From IMG/VR virus record IMGVR_UViG_3300027749_000082, positions 18,118 through 82,117 of that record: a stretch of 64,000 nt of DNA. One strand, written 5' to 3'. The translations under genes and the position numbers were made by a program. The notes beneath the pieces are model-generated. The model was not told where the DNA came from. It did no database searches and saw only the letters and a list, made by a program, of their open reading frames with translations. Origin of the DNA: a virus. This document shows positions 59,406 through 64,000 of the stretch, piece by piece (position 1 is the first letter of the stretch; each line of letters begins with the position of its first letter).

Positions 59406-60208
59406 ACAACATTGACACAAAACAATTGACCGCAATCGAGATAAAACTTGATCATCTTACTACCAATCTTTTCCGATTGCAAAAATCGGTAGATGCAAAC
59501 AACGTATATGAATCAGGCCATCTGTATCTGACTGATGTCATTGATGATAAGTACAAGTATTACTCAGGATTTTCTTATAATAAAGATCTGACCGCTCTTG
59601 CTAAACTAAATTATCTGACCGATATATTCTTTGACAAGAGGGACGATGCCGAATGCCAAAAGCTCGATCAGCAATACAATGATGCTCTATTAGATAACTG
59701 GGTAACAGACGAAGAGAATGAAGTCCTCAAGGAGGAGCGTGATTGGTATAAACTCGCACTAGAGAAGATTTGTAAACGTCAAGGTCTTCGTCCTGCACCA
59801 TCACTAGAGGAATGTAAATACATTGCTTCTAATGCATTGGATTTGTATAATAAGGATACCGTAGAACCTGATCAATATAAAGAAGCACTTGAAGAGATTA
59901 CTAAACGGCCTCGTAAAGCTGAGACATGTAAATTGATTGCAAAGAAAGCATTGGGATTATTGTCTGATGATAACTATCAACCTGAATTGTTGATTGAAGA
60001 AAATCTCAAACTCAAGATCGAGAATGAAAACCTCACTTCTACGTTGATTGAGAAAGCACTTACCGAAATTTACTCTTGGGATAAAAGTAATTACAATGCC
60101 TCTCATAAACTTAACGATCTTCAAGCACGATTTAATGTATGTGAAGGTCTGAAGCAACAGTATTATAATCAACTTTGTGAAAATGGATTAGCTGAATACG
60201 GAAACTAA
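59402..60208 (+). CDS. Hypothetical coiled-coil protein
   Basis: Internal repeat YK.ALE.I.KR...CK.IA..AL occurs twice. Confidence 0.65.
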   Translation: MNNIDTKQLTAIEIKLDHLTTNLFRLQKSVDANNVYESGHLYLTDVIDDKYKYYSGFSYNKDLTALAKLNYLTDIFFDKRDDAECQKLDQQYNDALLDNWVTDEENEVLKEERDWYKLALEKICKRQGLRPAPSLEECKYIASNALDLYNKDTVEPDQYKEALEEITKRPRKAETCKLIAKKALGLLSDDNYQPELLIEENLKLKIENENLTSTLIEKALTEIYSWDKSNYNASHKLNDLQARFNVCEGLKQQYYNQLCENGLAEYGN

Positions 60209-60211
60209 ATT

Positions 60212-60772
60212 ATGAAACTAAAACTACTTACTCATCCTTATTTCTGGCGCGAATTAAAATGGAAGATTCATGACTATTTCTCTCCTAAGAGTAAATGGTT
60301 ATTCAAAAAAATTGGTAACAGTTACTGCGATCATTGCGGACTTATTGATATTGTCTTGTTTGAAATTTTGATTAACTTTGTTGAAGCGGAAGATGGGTTA
60401 AAATCTATTTGGGATGATGAGCTATATGCAGATGATCTTAATAAAGGTTTTATTACTGATGACTATAAGCGAGAGCGTTCTGAAGTTAGGAATCAATTAT
60501 ATACAGCTTATTTGTATATTAAGCATGAACGTCCAGAACTTGAAAAAAAGCATGATGAATCCTATCCCAAGCCGCTAAAATTACATACAGAATGGTTCGT
60601 TCCATGCGAAGATGGTAGTGGTAACAGTAGAATGCTATCATGTGAAGAAAGATATGGCATGTCATTTGAAGAGGCATATGCAGAGACGACAGCACTTGAT
60701 AAACAAATGCAAGATATGGATACTCTCACTATGGAGATTATAATTAAAAACCGTAAATATATGTGGACATGA
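60212..60772 (+). CDS. Hypothetical phage protein
   Basis: LFEILINFVEAE...II..R.YMWT pattern, recalled from T4-like phage hypotheticals. Confidence 0.65.
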   Translation: MKLKLLTHPYFWRELKWKIHDYFSPKSKWLFKKIGNSYCDHCGLIDIVLFEILINFVEAEDGLKSIWDDELYADDLNKGFITDDYKRERSEVRNQLYTAYLYIKHERPELEKKHDESYPKPLKLHTEWFVPCEDGSGNSRMLSCEERYGMSFEEAYAETTALDKQMQDMDTLTMEIIIKNRKYMWT

Positions 60773-60885
60773 AAATAGTATTATTGATCATTATAGCTAT
60801 TACTTGTTGTTCGTGCTCTACTCACTATACTGGACCTAGTCCAGCTGATAGGATGAAGTATAATGCAGATATATACGATATGTAA
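60769..60885 (+). CDS. Small lipoprotein, 38 aa (absent from the ORF track)
   Basis: MKIVLLIIIAITCCSC signal plus lipobox-like Cys; ATGA-coupled to the upstream gene. Confidence 0.5.
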   Translation: MKIVLLIIIAITCCSCSTHYTGPSPADRMKYNADIYDM

Positions 60886-60896
60886 TAAATACACAT

Positions 60897-61289
60897 ATGA
60901 AGTACATTGTATTGCTATTTGCTATTATCTTGAGTTCGTGTGCTCCTAATCTTCCGCAGAATCCATTCCCATGGATGGAATCATGGGGACAGAATGATTG
61001 TCTTCCAACAGCAATTTGCTTCAAACAGGCACTTGGTACTGCTTGTGCGTGGAGTCATGTTATCTGTTATACCTATAAGGATGCCGCAAACAAAGGGCAA
61101 CTCACTGGTCATGCTATTGTAGCGTATATGTACCCAACAGGTCAAAACCAACTATGGACATATGACTATATGGGTAGTTATCGTGTAAGAGCCTATCTCA
61201 CTGACCCTATTGTCATTGCTCAGTTAGCTGAAATTGAGCGTGGACGTCCAATGAATACCGTAACTCAAGCTGAGTTTGTAGATAAGTGA
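60897..61289 (+). CDS. Lipoprotein with possible transglutaminase/papain-like Cys-His-Asp triad
   Basis: MKYIVLLFAIILSSC lipobox; NDCLPTA, GHAIV, TYDY. Confidence 0.6.
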   Translation: MKYIVLLFAIILSSCAPNLPQNPFPWMESWGQNDCLPTAICFKQALGTACAWSHVICYTYKDAANKGQLTGHAIVAYMYPTGQNQLWTYDYMGSYRVRAYLTDPIVIAQLAEIERGRPMNTVTQAEFVDK

Positions 61290-61411
61290 AAAAGCTTTTA
61301 TTACTGGTAGTAATCACATCAGCACTTAACTCTTGCGGTATAGTTGCTGGTCAGTATAGTACGTGGGAAAAACATAAATCATATTCTGTCAGTCATACCT
61401 TTGCATTTTAA
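61286..61411 (+). CDS. Small lipoprotein, 41 aa, GTG start (absent from the ORF track)
   Basis: MKKLLLLVVITSALNSC-GIVAGQYSTWEKHKSYSVSHTFAF; GTGA-coupled to the upstream gene. Confidence 0.55.
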   Translation: MKKLLLLVVITSALNSCGIVAGQYSTWEKHKSYSVSHTFAF

Positions 61412-61428
61412 AGGAACTACCTTATAAT
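61401..61428 (+). promoter_or_regulatory. Sigma70-like promoter with GGAACT spacer element
   Basis: TTGCAT-16-TATAAT with GGAACTACCT directly before the -10; ATG 5 nt downstream. Confidence 0.6.
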
Positions 61429-61433
61429 AAGGT

Positions 61434-62117
61434 ATGGCTAGACCGGTTTATATTTTAGGAGATGTTCATGGTAAATTTGACGAGCTTATGCGGATCGTCA
61501 AGGATAGTGACATTAAGGATTGTTATATTATTTGCGTTGGTGATTTAGGTATTGGTTTTCATGATAATCGATTAAAAGAAATTAGAGCTGTTAATCTCTA
61601 TAACCAATTCTTTAAAGCAAGAAATATTTATTTTATGTCCATTAGAGGTAATCATGATGATCCATCTTACTTCTTTAATAAAAGAGGTAAAATGGAACAC
61701 TCTAATTTTGAACTACTAGACGACTACACAACTAGAACGATTAACGGTGAGAAGTATCTGTTTGTAGGTGGAGCAGTTTCTATTGATCGTAGAATTCGAA
61801 CGTTCGGTAAATCTTATTGGGAAGATGAAACATTTAACTTAATACCAGAAAAGATTGCAGACTGTGATATTCTTATTACCCACAGTATTCCAAGTTGGAA
61901 TGGTAATTTCTCAAAATCTAACATCAATAGTTGGTGTGAAAAGGATGCAACACTTTGGGATGAGTGTTTAAAAGAAAGAGAAGACCACGATAAGCTTATT
62001 ATGTTATCTAAGCCTACAAAGCATTACGCGGGGCATATGCATACATCATTATCTACTACTCTAAATGGATGTACCTCAAGAATTGTTGATGAACTTGAGA
62101 TTATTGAACACCGTTAA
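61434..62117 (+). CDS. Calcineurin-like metallophosphoesterase
   Basis: GDVHG, VGDLG, RGNHD, ITH, GHMH motifs. Confidence 0.92.
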   Translation: MARPVYILGDVHGKFDELMRIVKDSDIKDCYIICVGDLGIGFHDNRLKEIRAVNLYNQFFKARNIYFMSIRGNHDDPSYFFNKRGKMEHSNFELLDDYTTRTINGEKYLFVGGAVSIDRRIRTFGKSYWEDETFNLIPEKIADCDILITHSIPSWNGNFSKSNINSWCEKDATLWDECLKEREDHDKLIMLSKPTKHYAGHMHTSLSTTLNGCTSRIVDELEIIEHR

Positions 62118-62126
62118 AATAACATT

Positions 62127-62519
62127 ATGAATGCATCAACGAGAATTTATCAAAAAGAAGATGATCAACTCTTTAAACGTCGTGGTCGTAAATACATTCC
62201 AGTTAACGATCCTTATGCGCTAGATGGTTTACGCGACGGGTGGTGGCTTGTAAAGGTCGCTCCAGGGTTAACTTCTATTCGTCAAGCTGTTTACCCTCAT
62301 AAAGCAGAAGTTACTGCAGCCGCTCGTGATAAAGAAGATCAACTGGTTGAGATTATTCGCGCAGCATCAGAAGCACGACCACCAACTAGACCTATATCAG
62401 TAGAAGCAGCAAAAGATTGGAAGAAGTTTATTAAGAAGCATGGAGATCAATTCTCGACGCTTGAGTATCCTTCTATTCAAGAAAATGCCGAGAAGATCAT
62501 CGAAGCACTAATCAAATAA
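62127..62519 (+). CDS. Hypothetical protein
   Basis: 130-aa ORF, LFKRRGRKYIPV. Confidence 0.65.
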   Translation: MNASTRIYQKEDDQLFKRRGRKYIPVNDPYALDGLRDGWWLVKVAPGLTSIRQAVYPHKAEVTAAARDKEDQLVEIIRAASEARPPTRPISVEAAKDWKKFIKKHGDQFSTLEYPSIQENAEKIIEALIK

Positions 62520-62520
62520 T

Positions 62521-62616
62521 ATGACAGACATAGCAATCGGTGTAATTTCAACAATGACGTTTTTTAGTATTATGATCATTTGTCTCACTATTTTAGTATA
62601 TAAACAAAAAATATGA
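62521..62616 (+). CDS. Small membrane peptide, 31 aa
   Basis: MTDIAIGVISTMTFFSIMIICLTILVYKQKI, a single TM helix that fills the gap. Confidence 0.45.
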   Translation: MTDIAIGVISTMTFFSIMIICLTILVYKQKI

Positions 62617-62858
62617 ATAGTAAATTTTTTAGATGTGATTGTTATCAAGATGGTATTTTTGTGCAGCACGATGAGCACTGGGGTACTGAGTTTGCTTTTT
62701 ATTCAAGTAATCCTAATAATCGATCATGGAGAAATCGCTTTCAGTTAGCATTAAGATGTCTAAAAGGTAAACCTTATTCAGATATGGTTATCCTTAACGA
62801 TCAAGAGCTTGCAAATTTGGTTGATCATCTCTTAAAGATACAAAATAGAAATTATTAA
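62613..62858 (+). CDS. Hypothetical protein
   Basis: 81-aa ORF. Confidence 0.6.
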   Translation: MNSKFFRCDCYQDGIFVQHDEHWGTEFAFYSSNPNNRSWRNRFQLALRCLKGKPYSDMVILNDQELANLVDHLLKIQNRNY

Positions 62859-62866
62859 TTTTTTAG

Positions 62867-62895
62867 TTGATTCATAATAGGTAGTAGGTTATAAT
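62867..62895 (+). promoter_or_regulatory. Sigma70-like promoter
   Basis: TTGATT-17-TATAAT. Confidence 0.65.
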
Positions 62896-62908
62896 ATCTG
62901 AACACAAA

Positions 62909-63244
62909 ATGAAATACGGAACAGTACGCGACAAACAAGTAATTACGATTACTGTGGCAGGGTTTAAACTTAACAATGAGCTTAAACTATCCCTTAACTG
63001 GGATGCTGACTTAGATGATTGGAAACAAGCATTTAAGACAATCCTTATTCATCAAACGTTTGATGAGGATACCGTAAAAGAACTATTCGAAAATTATGAA
63101 GAAGAAATTCCTAACTACGATTATAACAATACTGATAGCCTTAACAACTTCACGTACTGCAGCAACACCGATCAAGTCTCATACAAAGGATCAATGGATA
63201 ACTGCTCGGATAACATACTATACTCCTGCGAGCCCCGACGGTAA
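62909..63244 (+). CDS. Hypothetical protein
   Basis: Follows the promoter; its 3' part overlaps the next gene by 149 bp. Confidence 0.55.
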   Translation: MKYGTVRDKQVITITVAGFKLNNELKLSLNWDADLDDWKQAFKTILIHQTFDEDTVKELFENYEEEIPNYDYNNTDSLNNFTYCSNTDQVSYKGSMDNCSDNILYSCEPRR

Positions 63245-63527
63245 GCATGTTGCCTGGTCTAAAGTAAAAGCTGCTAAGGAAGGTACAACAATAGCGGCAC
63301 ACCCAAAGCTCGCGTTTGGTACAGCAATTGAGATACCAGAGTTAAGAGGAATAGTAGGAAATGGTATCTTTATTGTACAAGATAGAGGTACTGCTGTTAC
63401 AAATAGAAAAGCATCACACGGTAAAACAGATGTTATCGATGTTTTCGTAAATTCTGAGAAAAAGCTACGATCTCTAACGAAAACGAAGCCAAAATACATG
63501 AAAGTCCACATTGTTTCGCATAAATAA
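63096..63527 (+). CDS. Secreted 3D-domain (MltA-like) peptidoglycan hydrolase, candidate endolysin
   Basis: Signal-like MKKKFLTTIITILIAL; ITYY, IAAHP..FGT, VQDRG.A, IDVF. Confidence 0.75.
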   Translation: MKKKFLTTIITILIALTTSRTAATPIKSHTKDQWITARITYYTPASPDGKHVAWSKVKAAKEGTTIAAHPKLAFGTAIEIPELRGIVGNGIFIVQDRGTAVTNRKASHGKTDVIDVFVNSEKKLRSLTKTKPKYMKVHIVSHK

Positions 63528-63886
63528 TGATAGTTATGGAACCCCACAAATCATTGGTAGGAGAATTTATGCGCGGCGGCTGGATCATACCTTTTGTAGG
63601 TGCAAGTGCCATGGTAGCCCGGTTATTATCAACTCACGATCATGGTTTTAACTGGTTTGAACAATTAAAGCGTATATTTACCGCATCAATCGCTTCAAGC
63701 GTAGTATGGGTAATTTTAGATTCTGGTGTTGTTATTGAACCATCATACATTACTCCGCAATCACAGCTTACCAAAGCAATAATTTACGGGGTTGTAGGTG
63801 TTATCTCACCAGAGATTATCAGCGGTCTACTTAAACTTGGTACAAAATTCCATAAAGATCCAGGTTCGTTCTTTAAATGGTGGTAA
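63527..63886 (+). CDS. Putative holin (LydA-like; start may be ATG 63536)
   Basis: Three hydrophobic segments, basic C-terminus, adjacent to the 3D-domain gene. Confidence 0.55.
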   Translation: MIVMEPHKSLVGEFMRGGWIIPFVGASAMVARLLSTHDHGFNWFEQLKRIFTASIASSVVWVILDSGVVIEPSYITPQSQLTKAIIYGVVGVISPEIISGLLKLGTKFHKDPGSFFKWW

Positions 63887-63887
63887 G

Positions 63888-64000
63888 TTACCTTTTAAAT
63901 AAAGTCCTAACTTTAGAAAGTTTAGATTTTAGAGCATTCCAGTGAGATATCTTTGCTGGTGTATCTAAGTCAAAAGACTCAGCAACTATCTCTTCTTCTA
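63888..64000 (-). CDS. 3' fragment of a gene entering from the window end
   Basis: Open frame ...EEEIVAESFDLDTPAKISHWNALKSKLSKVRTLFKR*. Confidence 0.45.
   Translation of the reverse strand, partial: EEEIVAESFDLDTPAKISHWNALKSKLSKVRTLFKR

Noticed and set aside
1-64000. Stop-codon reassignment; tRNA or rRNA genes
   Set aside because: Core genes are full length and tightly packed under the standard code. Intergenic gaps are short and no cloverleaf was recognised by eye (tRNAscan not run).

Overview
This AT-rich 64 kb window looks like part of a large T4-like (myovirus) phage genome. All calls come from reading motifs by eye; no database searches were run. 1-5 kb holds a glycosyltransferase / radical-SAM / PLP-enzyme cluster. 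4.5-37 kb is the tail, baseplate and packaging module, mostly on the minus strand: S74-chaperone fibre, large peripheral baseplate proteins, gp6, gp25, clamp loader, dUTPase, probable TerS, lytic transglycosylase, hub, gp53, gp48, tape measure, two gp26-like genes, gp54, tube, sheath, gp3 and TerL. 37-51 kb is a variable appendage region. It carries a duplicated gp14-like neck gene, each copy facing a different convergent cassette (a serine-protease protein, or three constant-N/variable-C paralogs plus a fibre), followed by GT/sulfotransferase genes and a Cys-rich fibre. 51-64 kb has a nuclease, a dTDP-rhamnose pathway with a plant/giant-virus-type epimerase-reductase and no RmlC, an HNH endonuclease, small accessory genes, lipoproteins and a 3D-domain/holin lysis pair. 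The most striking unexplained structure is a ~70-nt hairpin transcribed divergently from the HNH gene, whose loop is antisense (23/25 nt) to the 5' end and start codon of the HNH mRNA. Many genes have a TAAATA or TATAAT box 5-8 nt before the start codon and no Shine-Dalgarno, which points to widespread leaderless transcripts. No tRNA, rRNA, CRISPR array, integrase or reverse transcriptase was recognised.
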